Source of the DNA: a virus
Direction: 5' to 3' (one strand)
Length of the DNA: 64,000 nucleotides
Virus record (IMG/VR): IMGVR_UViG_3300013723_000002
The notes below the pieces were generated by a model that saw only the letters and a list, made by a program, of their open reading frames with translations, did no database searches and was not told the origin of the DNA. This document shows, piece after piece, positions 17,022 to 26,843 of the stretch; the first letter of the stretch is position 1; the number at the start of each line of letters is the position of its first letter. Position numbers and translations under genes: made by a program.

Positions 17022-18628
17022 TAGTAATCCTCTTCATTATCATTGAAACCTGTGCCATTAGCTGCTGGCTCTTCATAATCACCAGGATTATCCTCACCAG
17101 ATAAATCAGTCTGCGGCTTACCCTTTTCTAAAGCATTCACATAGATCTCGGCCTCTTCATCATCACAACCGCCGATTTTAGTAAGTACAGTAAAGTTACT
17201 TTCTCTGTCCAGATTAAGTTCTTTAAGCGTACCCAATGCACTACCAAACATGGCCATTGTATTGGATCTCGTTTGCTTGTTTGTCAGTGCTTCAGTTGAG
17301 GCCGCTGAAATATCAGAATAAAACTCGAATTGCCAAGGCAGATCTTGAGGATCAAACATATAGCCGTATTTATAGCCAATATGAACATTGGCAATATGAT
17401 TAAAGGCTTTCGTTGTTGCGGCACGAACATGAACGGAGCGTTGGGCAACTTGCGCCGATGTATGAAAAAAACCACCATCACCAAGACCACCAGACAATTG
17501 TTCAGCCCATCCCAAAAGTGATAAGTCTGTACCCAGTGCCCCTGCCATACGGCGAACATTGATCATGAGCGGTTCAGGATTCACTGGTGCGGATCTGCGA
17601 CTCATATCACCAATTGCATTAAGCACTTGCTTGTCACCCCACACGGGTAAAATATGCCAGGCTTTAGACCAAATCGCGTCCCCACCTTTTAAGGCATCCC
17701 GGACATTGTTTTTATGGGATTGCAACATTTGAGTGAGGCCGGCTTTATATTTTTTCCGTTGTTCTGGCGGCATACCCGATACGTCAAATGTTAAAAATGC
17801 TTGCTCTACACTATCTGCAATCTGTTGTGAGTTTAATGCTTGTAGCAGCAGCTGAACGTTTGCCCAAGGTTCTTCGGCGTCATACAGAATAGATCCGCCA
17901 ATCTCACTGGCCACAATCGGAAGTTTATTAATATCATTCTCAGACAGCATATTTTTATGCAAATACGGATTAATTGAGAATTGCGGCACTGGTGTGTAAC
18001 GTGGCATTTTCATACGTGCCATCTGAAAAGTAGTGAGCTTGGTGAGCTTTCGCATTTCCAGATCATTTTTTTCTAAAATATGATAACCAATTGTTCGCCC
18101 GCCCTGCTCATAAGACTGAATTAACGGCGGTTCAGTATATTCATTACAAATAAGCTGCAGCAGTCCTGCACCTTTGGCCCCATACATACGCACATAACTA
18201 TCGCCGTAAGATACGCCGTAACGTGCCATTGGGAATGCAATTTCATTGAAAAGCGGCATCAATAGCCGGGCTTCTCTCTCAACCAACTGTCTTAAATGTC
18301 GTGCTCGTTTTCCGCCATTCCTTAGTTTTTGAGAAGGTGTCATAAAAACCACATCACCACGGGATTCATGGCCCCCTAAAGCTGCTGTGGTCTGCAAGTT
18401 AAGAGCAGCTGCAATGGTCGGATCATGTTGCATTACCGCCCACGTGGTATAGATCGTTTTACGGTCACGTTTGCGAAGTTCGCTGTTTTCATAGGTGCCC
18501 AGTGAAAACATTTCAAAATTATCGTACCGGCTATCTACTTCACCGATATTGGCCTGTATTTGTCCGGCAGATGCCGCACGTTCGGCATGAATAAACTGGC
18601 CCAAGAAATTACCAAATAACGATTTCAT
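17021..18628 (-). CDS. Portal-like protein (535 aa)
   Basis: Size, acidic C-terminal tail and an HDPTIAAALNL-type segment fit portals. Headed by late box 18680-18698. Assignment not verified. Confidence 0.5.
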   Translation of the reverse strand: MKSLFGNFLGQFIHAERAASAGQIQANIGEVDSRYDNFEMFSLGTYENSELRKRDRKTIYTTWAVMQHDPTIAAALNLQTTAALGGHESRGDVVFMTPSQKLRNGGKRARHLRQLVEREARLLMPLFNEIAFPMARYGVSYGDSYVRMYGAKGAGLLQLICNEYTEPPLIQSYEQGGRTIGYHILEKNDLEMRKLTKLTTFQMARMKMPRYTPVPQFSINPYLHKNMLSENDINKLPIVASEIGGSILYDAEEPWANVQLLLQALNSQQIADSVEQAFLTFDVSGMPPEQRKKYKAGLTQMLQSHKNNVRDALKGGDAIWSKAWHILPVWGDKQVLNAIGDMSRRSAPVNPEPLMINVRRMAGALGTDLSLLGWAEQLSGGLGDGGFFHTSAQVAQRSVHVRAATTKAFNHIANVHIGYKYGYMFDPQDLPWQFEFYSDISAASTEALTNKQTRSNTMAMFGSALGTLKELNLDRESNFTVLTKIGGCDDEEAEIYVNALEKGKPQTDLSGEDNPGDYEEPAANGTGFNDNEEDY

Positions 18629-18679
18629 TAATTTTCACTAATCTGTTCTATTTGACAGCATTTTGAAGCAGCAAAAATA

Positions 18680-18698
18680 GGGTATTTTTTTTAGTTCC
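18680..18698 (-). promoter_or_regulatory. Late box (GGAACTAAAAAAAATACCC) upstream of the portal-like gene
   Basis: GGAAC lies 70 nt upstream of ATG 18628. Terminator hairpin immediately upstream. Confidence 0.5.
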
Positions 18699-18699
18699 A

Positions 18700-18726
18700 G
18701 AAAAAAATAAGGCCCTATTCGGGCCA
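18700..18726 (-). terminator. Terminator abutting the portal late box
   Basis: Minus strand GGCCCgaataGGGCC followed by TTATTTTTTT, then CTGGAAC. Confidence 0.6.
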
Positions 18727-18892
18727 GATTATTTGATTTAAATTATTTTGCTTTATGCAGATCTATCATAAAAATATTCACTTTCAGCAATAAATTATGC
18801 AAAAAAAGCGGATTTTCTTGCAGTTTTTATTAGTTTTTGATGAAGAAAATTGAAAAATAAAAACAGGTGATTTGATCTGTCTTGATTAAAGA

Positions 18893-18920
18893 ATAAAAAG
18901 CGCCTAGAAGGCGCTTTTTA
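18893..18920 (-). terminator. Terminator of the alcohol dehydrogenase gene
   Basis: AAAAAGCGCCtagaaGGCGCTTTTTA (symmetric A/T runs). Confidence 0.7.
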
Positions 18921-18934
18921 TTCTTTAAGTAAAT

Positions 18935-20098
18935 TTACGGCGTTAGAATGACTTTACGACAGTCTTCTTCCTTTTTATCAAAAATACGGTAACCTTCCGC
19001 AGCATCTTCCAGTTTCATGCGATGGGTAATAATCACATCCGGAGACAGATCTCCATTTTCGATATGTTCGAGTAACTGCGGCAAGTATTTATGCACATGG
19101 GTTTGTCCCATTTTAAAAGTTAAACCTTTGTCAAAGGCATCACCAAACAGAAAGCCATGAATTGGACCGGCATAAATCCCAGGTACACTCACCACACCGC
19201 CGCGTCGGACTGCTGCAATACATTGTCTTAGTGCTGAACCACTCGAACCTTCTAATTTCAGGTTGGTCATTACTGTTTCCAGAACACTCCCTTTGGCTTC
19301 GAAACCAACGGCATCAATAACTGCATCAACACCACGATAACCTGCTGTATTTTGAATAATAAATTCAGCTGCATCGACTTCATCAAAGTTGACCGGAATG
19401 ACCCCATAGGTTTGATGAGCAAATTGCAAGCGATAAGGGTGATGGTCGACCATGAAGATCTGTTCGGCACCGAGCATCCGTGCACAAGCGGCAGCCATCA
19501 GACCGACTGGACCAGCACCATAAATTGCCACTGTAGAACCACGGGTGACTTGAGCATTGGTTACTGCCTGCCAGGCTGTTGGCAGAATATCGGTCAGGAA
19601 TAATACTTTTTCATCAGGCAAGGAGCCGGGAACCTTAAACGGTCCGACATTGCCTTTGGGAATCCGCACATATTCGGCCTGACCACCCGGAACACCACCA
19701 AACAGGTGGCTAAAGCCAAACAAGGCCGCTCCTGGTGGAATCTGTTTTTTATTGAGAATTGCACCACGACCCGTATTGGTATTTTCACAGGCAGCCATCA
19801 GTTCATGTTCACAGAAAAAACAGTGACCGCATGCAATGACAAAGGGAATGATCACCCGGTCACCTTTTTTGACTTCTGTCACTGCAGGGCCGACTTCTTC
19901 TACAACTCCCATAAATTCATGGCCGAAAATATCACCGTCTTCAGTGGCCGGGATTTTACCCCGGTATAGATGTAGGTCTGAGCCACAGATGGCAGTGGCT
20001 GTCACCCTTAAAATAACGTCATCTGGTTCCTGAATCACTGGATCTGGAACAGATTCAACTCGTACATCCCGAGCACCATGATAGGTAAGAGCACGCAT
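18935..20098 (-). CDS. Zn-dependent alcohol dehydrogenase (MDR family, glutathione-independent formaldehyde-dehydrogenase-like)
   Basis: ICGSDLH, GHEFMG (catalytic Zn), [15 protein letters not shown] (structural Zn), GAGPVG (NAD fold). GAGAGGAAA RBS and its own terminator at 18893-18920. Confidence 0.9.
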   Translation of the reverse strand: MRALTYHGARDVRVESVPDPVIQEPDDVILRVTATAICGSDLHLYRGKIPATEDGDIFGHEFMGVVEEVGPAVTEVKKGDRVIIPFVIACGHCFFCEHELMAACENTNTGRGAILNKKQIPPGAALFGFSHLFGGVPGGQAEYVRIPKGNVGPFKVPGSLPDEKVLFLTDILPTAWQAVTNAQVTRGSTVAIYGAGPVGLMAAACARMLGAEQIFMVDHHPYRLQFAHQTYGVIPVNFDEVDAAEFIIQNTAGYRGVDAVIDAVGFEAKGSVLETVMTNLKLEGSSGSALRQCIAAVRRGGVVSVPGIYAGPIHGFLFGDAFDKGLTFKMGQTHVHKYLPQLLEHIENGDLSPDVIITHRMKLEDAAEGYRIFDKKEEDCRKVILTP

Positions 20099-20299
20099 GC
20101 GGATTTCCTCTCTAGTTCAACATAAATAGTCTCAAATAAGGCTGCTGATTATTAATAAGCCTTTTTATTAGAGCCTTATAACCTGACCTAGAGCTGTAAA
20201 TTAATGTATGAAATAAGGGAGCCGAGTGTTTAAAAAATAAATTTATATAGTACTTGCGTAATTCACTAAAAAATATGTCAAAAATCGAGTAAATGATTA

Positions 20300-21157
20300 G
20301 GGTCTGTTGATACTTACTGTTCATAATTAACCCTATAAAGGTAGCCATAAAAATATACAGGCTAAGGCAACAGAACTTTGATAATTTCTTTTGAGCTTGT
20401 CATATCGAGTAGCTATTTCTCTAAATTGCTTTAATCTACAAAACATATTTTCAACTAAATGCCTGATTTTATATAAATACCAGTCCATATGGTCATTGTT
20501 CGATTGGCTATTCGTTTTCTTTGGTATATTCGCTTTAGTCCCTGTTTTCCTGATCTGTTCACGCAGTGGTTCTGAATCATAGCCTTTATCTGCGCATACC
20601 ACTTTTGTCTCTTTTAAATCTAATGTTGATATTAAATCAGGCGCAACTTTAACATCATGTGTGGTTCCATCGGTAATCATGAAATCAATAGGATTGCTAT
20701 GTGCATCAACAATCAAATGTATTTTTGAGGAGTTTCCTCCTACACTTTTAGAAATAGATTGATTCGCTATGCCGGCAGAATGTTGATGAGCACGTACATG
20801 AGAGCCATCAATAAAAATCCACTCCATATCGGGGCATGAGGCTAGTAATTTGAATAATCTAAGTAACTTACCGCTGCTTGACCAACGATTAAAACGTTTG
20901 AAAATAGAGTTTGAATGACCAAAACAAGAAGGAATATCTCGCCACGGACAGCCTGTTCTAATTCTATAGAGAATAGCTTCAATAAAATTGCGTAAATTTG
21001 AGTTGTGGTGAATGGATAAATTACGCTGAATAACTTTCAACTTTTGCCAGTGTTGATCTGTCAGCATGGTACGAGGCATAGCGAATAGTAAAATTGGGTT
21101 TGGTGATTTGATTTTACTACTTCGCTATTTTTTTAAGCTAAAAGTGTCAACACACCC
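20300..21157 (-). mobile_element. IS5-family insertion sequence (IS427/ISL2-like size), single-ORF transposase
   Basis: Terminal inverted repeats GGGTCTGTTGATACTT (20300-) and GGGTGTGTTGACACTT (rc, -21157), 14/16 identical. Flanking TA/TA. Inserted a few nt after the stop of the spike gene. Confidence 0.8.
20333..21079 (-). CDS. IS5-family DDE transposase
   Basis: LTDQHWQKLK...ILYRIRTGCPWRDIP..FG...SIFKRFNRW is the canonical IS5/IS4 N-terminal DUF4096-type motif. DGSHVRAHQH and ADKGYDS are DDE blocks. Confidence 0.9.
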   Translation of the reverse strand: MPRTMLTDQHWQKLKVIQRNLSIHHNSNLRNFIEAILYRIRTGCPWRDIPSCFGHSNSIFKRFNRWSSSGKLLRLFKLLASCPDMEWIFIDGSHVRAHQHSAGIANQSISKSVGGNSSKIHLIVDAHSNPIDFMITDGTTHDVKVAPDLISTLDLKETKVVCADKGYDSEPLREQIRKTGTKANIPKKTNSQSNNDHMDWYLYKIRHLVENMFCRLKQFREIATRYDKLKRNYQSSVALACIFLWLPL

Positions 21158-21165
21158 TAGTTTTT

Positions 21166-22368
21166 TCATATTCCTATCACAAAAATATCAATCTGGCCCC
21201 CTGGAATAGAATGGCTAGAATGGCCGTGACATTCAGTTAGACTCGCATTTAGTGAATCTACGTGAACAATAAAAGGCTCTGTTCCCACTGGGCTAGCCAT
21301 TATCATTGGTCTGGTTGTAAAGCCGGCGCTGGAATAATCACATGACCAATTTTCTGCTGAAGGTATCACGTCCCGCCAGATCTTCATTGATCCGGTCGCT
21401 AGTAAACCTGCTTGATTGTAAACCGTCACTTTAGGCTCTAGGCTTTTCACCCATTCAGCCTGGGTTCCTTGGAAACCTTCTAAAACGGCAGATTGATAAG
21501 CAGAAAGGCCATTTTTACCATTTTTACCCGGTTGGCCATCCTTCCCCGGTGCGCCGTCTTTACCTGGCTGGCCATCTTTCCCCGGCGTACCATCTTTACC
21601 GGGTTGGCCATCTCTTCCGGGTAATCCTGGCAAGCCTGGCACACCTATACCATCTTTCCCCGGTGCGCCGTTCTTACCCGGTTGGCCATCTTTCCCCGGT
21701 GCGCCGTCTTTACCTGGCTGGCCGTCCTTCCCCGGTGCGCCGTCTTTACCTGGCTGGCCGTCCTTCCCCGGTGCGCCATCTTTACCGGGTTGGCCATCTT
21801 TCCCCGGTGGCCCTGGTGGACCAGGAGGGCCAGGCTCTCCCGGTACTGTTGCACCACCTTCCCCAGTTCCTGGATCTGTTGCACCACCTTCCCCAGTTCC
21901 TGGATTGCCGGCTGTTCCCCCGACTGGTGGCCCACTATTATCTGGTCCAGCTTTTACGTTTGAATGGGGGTGTGACATAAGAGATACGCCGCCTGCAACC
22001 ACATCACCGGTACTTTTTACGTCTTTTGTGACGATAACTTTTGCATCCAGTAGGATCTCTTCTGCAATAAGTTCGATTTTCTTATGACGTAAACGGCGAA
22101 TATCTGTAAGACTGCCTTCGCCGTGTGTCCTGAAAAAAGCAATGACGGGATCACTAAATTGGCCATTTTCAAAAAATACCCAAATATCTGGCTGGCCATT
22201 AATTGAAAGTTCTGTGTCTAAATCATCATCACCTACTGGATATGCCAGCCTTGCGGTTACACCTTCATCTGAACCTTTTGTAAAAGGCGGAATACTAACC
22301 TGTGCGCGTTTGGTATTTTTGTTATAGCTCAGCAGCTTGCCAGGGAAAAAGCCAAGTAAATTATCCAT
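21166..22368 (-). CDS. gpV-like baseplate central spike with internal collagen-like (G-X-Y) tract and C-terminal globular domain
   Basis: The N-terminus ([19 protein letters not shown]...[22 protein letters not shown]) resembles the P2 gpV/Mu gp45 OB-fold. Aa ~177-287 are uninterrupted [15 protein letters not shown] triplets. Confidence 0.7.
   Translation of the reverse strand: MDNLLGFFPGKLLSYNKNTKRAQVSIPPFTKGSDEGVTARLAYPVGDDDLDTELSINGQPDIWVFFENGQFSDPVIAFFRTHGEGSLTDIRRLRHKKIELIAEEILLDAKVIVTKDVKSTGDVVAGGVSLMSHPHSNVKAGPDNSGPPVGGTAGNPGTGEGGATDPGTGEGGATVPGEPGPPGPPGPPGKDGQPGKDGAPGKDGQPGKDGAPGKDGQPGKDGAPGKDGQPGKNGAPGKDGIGVPGLPGLPGRDGQPGKDGTPGKDGQPGKDGAPGKDGQPGKNGKNGLSAYQSAVLEGFQGTQAEWVKSLEPKVTVYNQAGLLATGSMKIWRDVIPSAENWSCDYSSAGFTTRPMIMASPVGTEPFIVHVDSLNASLTECHGHSSHSIPGGQIDIFVIGI
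21508..21900 (-). repeat. Tandem coding repeats: collagen-like GKDG(Q/A)P units (18/36-nt periodicity) preceded by a duplicated GTGEGGAT(D/V)P unit
   Basis: Direct reading of 21508-21840 (G-X-Y triplets) and 21841-21900 (a 30-nt unit repeated twice). Confidence 0.85.
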
Positions 22369-22369
22369 A

Positions 22370-23266
22370 TTATTCCCCGCTTAACGTGGCAAGCCACATG
22401 ACTGTGGCATGAGCTGTAGCGCCACCCACGGCGCCAGACTCAAAGTGATGGGCTGCGGTCAAAATGATGTATTTAGTATCATTAATAAGCACAATATCCC
22501 CAGCATTTAGATTCATGCTTAGCGCACGGGTAATCATGCCACGGGTAACTAGAACGGTTCTAAGATTCTTCAGGCGGCGAGCATCAAGGCCCGGATAATA
22601 ATAACCAGGTGCATTGTTCTTTAAACTATCTTCAATGATCTGCCCGTCCTCACTTACGCTTACAAATGACGGTACTTCTCTTTGTTCAATTTTCGGGTTA
22701 TCAATCCAGGATACGGCGCCGCTATCCAGCATGGTTACTGGCTCTTGCTTGAAAAGTTGTTGTAATCGCATGATATTGAGTTTCTTATCACGGTAAACAA
22801 TTACAGCGGCTTCTTCTTGCAAGCGCTTAGCAATTTCATACGTTGCAAAAACGCCGTAAGGACTAGAAAACTTCATCAAAGAAATATTATTGCCCACCGG
22901 CACTTTACAGCCACATGCTTTATATACAGCTGCAAAACTTGAATCTTCCAGGCTGATTAATTTGCTTTGAGGATCTATTAAAGATTCACAGCCTTGTAAA
23001 ACTGCAATAATCGAGAAGTATTTTAGGCGAGTATCATCCTGGATTGTTTGTGTCCGGATCTCATTTAACTTAACGATAGTCACTGGAATATGTTGGTCAC
23101 TTACCAGTAAAACTGCGCCGTTATGAATCAGATCCTTAATATCATTTTCAACTTTTATTGTAGCTTCCAAGGTTACGGGTACGGGGATTAAATCCGTTCG
23201 TAACGTTGCCGCTATAATATTTTGCATACCAATAGATTGGCCATTTTTCGCGATCTGGATAAGCAT
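22370..23266 (-). CDS. Baseplate/tail-module protein (298 aa), possibly hub (gpD-like)
   Basis: Lies directly upstream of the gpV-like spike with a 1-nt gap. Function inferred from position only. Confidence 0.45.
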   Translation of the reverse strand: MLIQIAKNGQSIGMQNIIAATLRTDLIPVPVTLEATIKVENDIKDLIHNGAVLLVSDQHIPVTIVKLNEIRTQTIQDDTRLKYFSIIAVLQGCESLIDPQSKLISLEDSSFAAVYKACGCKVPVGNNISLMKFSSPYGVFATYEIAKRLQEEAAVIVYRDKKLNIMRLQQLFKQEPVTMLDSGAVSWIDNPKIEQREVPSFVSVSEDGQIIEDSLKNNAPGYYYPGLDARRLKNLRTVLVTRGMITRALSMNLNAGDIVLINDTKYIILTAAHHFESGAVGGATAHATVMWLATLSGE

Positions 23267-23275
23267 AATTTTCCC

Positions 23276-23716
23276 TTAATCAAGTTCTAGGGAAAAAGGA
23301 GGCTCAATACATGCCAGTTGTGGCAGTTTTGCACGTTCCTCTAAATACAATTGGCTCGCTTCACTGGCACTTAAACCAAATTCAGCACCACCCAGGCTTT
23401 TTAGCGCCTCGATCCGCTGCGCCTCGACTACATTACAATGAGCACGTATAACTGGCTCAAGTATGGACCATTCAAAACACTCAATTGTCAGGCTGGAATC
23501 TAATGCTACTTTTGCTTTTTCTTGGGCTTGAAAAGCTGCCCATCCCGCATAGTAACGGCACTCAGCCAGGATAAGAGTTTCAATCTCGTCCTGGCTCAGT
23601 GAATAGCCCGACAATGTGAGCAGATCAAATAACCCTAGGGCTAGTTCTTGTATAGTACCCGCCTGGCTTGATGGGTAAATATTCAAAACATCGATCTGGC
23701 TTAACATTGTCGTCAT
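23276..23716 (-). CDS. Hypothetical tail-module protein (146 aa)
   Basis: ORF in the baseplate operon. No motif recognised. Confidence 0.5.
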   Translation of the reverse strand: MTTMLSQIDVLNIYPSSQAGTIQELALGLFDLLTLSGYSLSQDEIETLILAECRYYAGWAAFQAQEKAKVALDSSLTIECFEWSILEPVIRAHCNVVEAQRIEALKSLGGAEFGLSASEASQLYLEERAKLPQLACIEPPFSLELD

Positions 23717-23727
23717 AATTAACTCAC

Positions 23728-24357
23728 TTAAAATAAATTCTTAACTGAGTTGGATACGTCTACACCGGTTTTAACCAGATTTAAGAGGTTTTGGGCTTTC
23801 GTCAGCAATTCACTATTTCCTGTGCCTTGGATCTGGATACCACCAGCCACGGCATTAGAAACAATACCTGCAGATGAAGATTGGCCAAAGAACATATAGC
23901 TCATGTTTCCGCTGATAGTCATAATTTGTGACCGGCTTTCTGCATCAACTTCGCCTGGTTCTAAAGTCAAAGCACAATCAGTTAATTCGTGTACTTTGGT
24001 CCAACGATCATAACGTCCATCGTAAACCAGACAGTTTGTAGTGCCGTTATTGGCGGCAAGTAGGTCAGCAAAATCAGACACTATGCCCTTTTCGGTTTCA
24101 ATGATAGTATATGCGCCCTCATAAGAAGTTTTAATAGTGCCAGGAACATGCGCTGCTAGACCACCTGCATAGGCCACTTCTGCCTTATCGTTATTGGTCA
24201 ATATTGGTCGGGGATAGCTTTTAAAAAGTAGTCGTAATTCTGGTGCAATTTCTGGTACCAGCATGGCATTACACTGTAGCATGGGTGCGCCCAGACCTTT
24301 GGCCACTTCATAATCACGGCGTAATTCGGCTGGGGTGGAGTAAAATTTTTGACGCAT
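23728..24357 (-). CDS. Tail-module protein (209 aa), possible tail tube
   Basis: First ORF behind late box 24409-24428, which suggests an abundant product. Size is compatible with tube proteins. Unverified. Confidence 0.45.
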   Translation of the reverse strand: MRQKFYSTPAELRRDYEVAKGLGAPMLQCNAMLVPEIAPELRLLFKSYPRPILTNNDKAEVAYAGGLAAHVPGTIKTSYEGAYTIIETEKGIVSDFADLLAANNGTTNCLVYDGRYDRWTKVHELTDCALTLEPGEVDAESRSQIMTISGNMSYMFFGQSSSAGIVSNAVAGGIQIQGTGNSELLTKAQNLLNLVKTGVDVSNSVKNLF

Positions 24358-24408
24358 GATTGATCTCGGTTAGTTAAATCATGCGTAAAGTGTGAAGGCT
24401 AAAAAAGG

Positions 24409-24428
24409 GGCTAATTTTTTTCGTTCCC
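24409..24428 (-). promoter_or_regulatory. Late box (GGGAACGAAAAAAATTAGCC) upstream of 23728-24357
   Basis: GGAAC lies 70 nt upstream of ATG 24357. Terminator hairpin immediately upstream. Confidence 0.5.
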
Positions 24429-24456
24429 AAAAACAAAAAAGGGCTTAAAGCCCTTT
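24429..24456 (-). terminator. Terminator after the gpI-like gene, abutting a late box
   Basis: Minus strand AAAGGGCTttaAGCCCTTT followed by TTTGTTTTT, then GGGAAC. Confidence 0.65.
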
Positions 24457-24473
24457 GGTAAACTGCCGGCAAC

Positions 24474-25079
24474 TTACCACTCTTCTGGTTCAAAATTACC
24501 AATAAGAGCAGGCTGTACACCGGCAGCAAGTTTTAATTCTATATCATTCACTTCAAGTTCAATTGCTACACTGGGTACCAGATTTGCAGGGACTAATTTT
24601 GCCAGTGTCGGGGCAAGTTCGGCCAGCTCTTCTAAATCAATATCTGGACTCATTGAAACGTGTAAACGTGAAGTGAGAAACGTATCGCTAGACTGCGTAT
24701 AAGTCAGGCGGGCTGGGTAACTGCTGGCATACACTTTAGAGTGATATAAGCGCCGTAATTTGTACTGTCCGGGCCAAATCATTTTTAAAACAAACTCTAA
24801 AAATGCCAGGCCACGCTTAGACCCTAATGCTTTCCAGTTTGCATAAATGACCCGCATGATGGCTTCACTGGTTCCCGGACGACGCAACACCACCAGCCCA
24901 TCCTGTTTGGTGAACCGTTCTACAACACTGGGACCGGCCATGTGGGGCACGCTGTAGTCAAATAAGCTCTTTAAATCTTCTTCAAAAAGCTCTAAAAATG
25001 TTTTGCTATAGATACTCTGCAGGGCTTCTTCGAGCTCATTTGCAGTATGTGAATGAACAAGCGGCGCTAATAAGTCCAT
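24474..25079 (-). CDS. Baseplate protein, P2 gpI-like
   Basis: The N-terminal LLAPLVHSHTANELEEAL resembles the gpI LLP..s..E.AL signature. Follows the J-like gene with overlap. Confidence 0.5.
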   Translation of the reverse strand: MDLLAPLVHSHTANELEEALQSIYSKTFLELFEEDLKSLFDYSVPHMAGPSVVERFTKQDGLVVLRRPGTSEAIMRVIYANWKALGSKRGLAFLEFVLKMIWPGQYKLRRLYHSKVYASSYPARLTYTQSSDTFLTSRLHVSMSPDIDLEELAELAPTLAKLVPANLVPSVAIELEVNDIELKLAAGVQPALIGNFEPEEW

Positions 25080-26518
25080 AATGCCTCTCCCGATGAAGCA
25101 CTACGCTGAATCTTAATCTCGATACTGCTATCAGTCATAAATACCCATTCATGCGGTTTAATCGGGTTCCTGGCCAGATCCTCAATGTCGAGTCGGAAAT
25201 CAGCAATTCGGTCCTGAAATGCAGCGACTTTCTCCCGGATCAGCTTAGAAATTTCTTGCGAATTAAACCCATCTGCAATGAAATAAGAGCTTGCGATTGT
25301 CTCTTGGCCATATTTTGAAAGTAGAAGATTTTTTATTTCCTGCTTCACTGATTCAACGTTATGTACTGGGGCCAGCTTTGCATTAATGGTGATCTGAAAG
25401 GGCCGCTGCTGTACGGGCCTTTCTTTAACTTTTCCATCGTACAAGCCATCTAAATGGGCAATATGATTTTTTATATCCTGGGCCAGTTGAACGGCTTCAG
25501 CTGTCACTCTAGGTACAAAAGCAATATTTAAGTGATTAATATCGTCCAGCGTGGCGCCGTAATATTTCTCTTGCTGTGCTTCATTCCAGACTGCAATGTA
25601 GTGACAGCGGCTCATAAAGGCTTTTTGGACTGCATAGTTAAAATCAGATAAGAAGACGGCGTTATCATCATGTGTCGGATAACTTGCCAAAAGCTTTAGC
25701 TGAGCGATGCTCAGCGGATTTGCACCGGCACGGACCAGGCCGCCTGCTTTAAATAGAATCTGGATCTTTCCTTCATCTGCTGTAACCAGCTCAGATAAAG
25801 CGGCTTCACGTAATACGCTGGTATCAATATAGCCGTCGGTTTCAGTGAGCTCAAAATTTAATACTGTGTTGGCCTGTATCGTGGTACCGCAACGCTGGGC
25901 ATCTCCAAATTCGGCAGTAATCCGCTGCATTGAATCTGTTTTTAACGTATAGGCCGCTTCACCTGCAGGTGCATTCATCCAGCGCCGGCGGTGGATAAAA
26001 TTAGTTCCACTTTCATCGTAAACCCGGATAGCCGCCAGATAATAATCATCCAGAATATTGAGCGTCACCTGGTGAAAGGCTTCTGTAAAAATAGCTTTAT
26101 ATTTCTCAGTTCTGACTTGGCTCTGTTCAGCCAGGACTTCCGTTGTTTCTCCTGCGATCATATTAGCGGTCTGCAGTAGCCGCCAGATCCGGCCCTGCAT
26201 ATCTTCAATTAAGCGTCCGGCAGAAATGGTAACGGTCCGCTCTCCCTTATTTTTAAATTCTAAATAATGCTGGCACGGCGTAGCAACCGGCAAGATCCCC
26301 TTATTTGTAGCATCAGCTAAAATCGTGCTATCCCGACTTTTAATAAAGGGCTCAATTATAGCAATAGCCATATCGCTAGACAGATCAGCCATAAAACTTG
26401 CCTGCGCTTTAAGTGGGGCGGCTACGGTGGGTTCACCGGCTTCAAACCGGGCGGAAATTTCAGGATAATCCTGCAGATTAATTCGCAGACGCTGGTTAAT
26501 TTCATTGAGCGAACGCAT
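25067..26518 (-). CDS. Baseplate wedge protein, gpJ/gp47-like (483 aa)
   Basis: Size and position between the W-like and I-like genes, with overlapping starts and stops. Confidence 0.5.
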   Translation of the reverse strand: MRSLNEINQRLRINLQDYPEISARFEAGEPTVAAPLKAQASFMADLSSDMAIAIIEPFIKSRDSTILADATNKGILPVATPCQHYLEFKNKGERTVTISAGRLIEDMQGRIWRLLQTANMIAGETTEVLAEQSQVRTEKYKAIFTEAFHQVTLNILDDYYLAAIRVYDESGTNFIHRRRWMNAPAGEAAYTLKTDSMQRITAEFGDAQRCGTTIQANTVLNFELTETDGYIDTSVLREAALSELVTADEGKIQILFKAGGLVRAGANPLSIAQLKLLASYPTHDDNAVFLSDFNYAVQKAFMSRCHYIAVWNEAQQEKYYGATLDDINHLNIAFVPRVTAEAVQLAQDIKNHIAHLDGLYDGKVKERPVQQRPFQITINAKLAPVHNVESVKQEIKNLLLSKYGQETIASSYFIADGFNSQEISKLIREKVAAFQDRIADFRLDIEDLARNPIKPHEWVFMTDSSIEIKIQRSASSGEALWTY

Positions 26519-26843
26519 TGTAAGTTTCCCCCGTTAAATTGCTTTCTTGTTTAGTCCCCAGTGGAATCACGATAGAGCCCAGCTGGATATAAAAGTGCTT
26601 TTTATCATGATCAATATCTTCTGAAACAATGCTGAGTGCATTGCTATCGAGATCAGCTAACAGCGGAATATCTTCCTTCATTTTGTCTAAAAAGCTGTCA
26701 GCTGCTTCGGTGTGCATTGGCACAAATAGGAGCTTTCTTAAATCGGCGCCGTAGCTACTGCCGTAATAGGCATTGGCTGGTGTATCTAGCCAGTGTTCAA
26801 TCATGGCCTGTATCTGCTCTACTCTAAGATTTACTACGCTCAA
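26502..26843 (-). CDS. Baseplate protein, gpW/gp25-like (113 aa from TTG start)
   Basis: TTG at 26843 is preceded by a GGAGGG RBS and overlaps the TGA of the upstream gene (TTGA). The ORF-track start 26930 would overlap the upstream gene by 90 nt. Confidence 0.5.
   Translation of the reverse strand: MSVVNLRVEQIQAMIEHWLDTPANAYYGSSYGADLRKLLFVPMHTEAADSFLDKMKEDIPLLADLDSNALSIVSEDIDHDKKHFYIQLGSIVIPLGTKQESNLTGETYNAFAQ

Noticed and set aside
20135-20180. ATAAGGC...TAGAGCCTTATA, resembling the IS1595 end (TCTAGAGCCTTATTAA) and suggesting a solo IR or MITE remnant near the ADH.
   Set aside because: Only ~10 contiguous nt match, and there is no second IR or target duplication. This is compatible with chance in AT-rich sequence.
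20112-20348. A 78-aa minus-strand ORF spanning the left end of the IS5-family element and the ADH upstream region.
   Set aside because: It crosses the IS terminal inverted repeat, is AT-rich with low-complexity composition, and has no RBS. It was created by the insertion junction.
21508-21900. Regular short tandem repeats that might be mistaken for a CRISPR array or VNTR locus.
   Set aside because: The repeats are contiguous with no unique spacers, have 9/18/36-nt periodicity, are in frame, and encode G-X-Y collagen triplets inside an intact ORF.
21549-22087. Several 60-143-aa ORFs on the plus strand and in alternative minus-strand frames across the spike gene (21549-21980, 21645-21935, 21682-21963, 21905-22087).
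   Set aside because: They lie entirely within the collagen-like GGN-CCN repeat tract. The repetitive GC-rich triplets keep all frames open. They have no RBS and overlap a well-supported gene, so they are artefacts.
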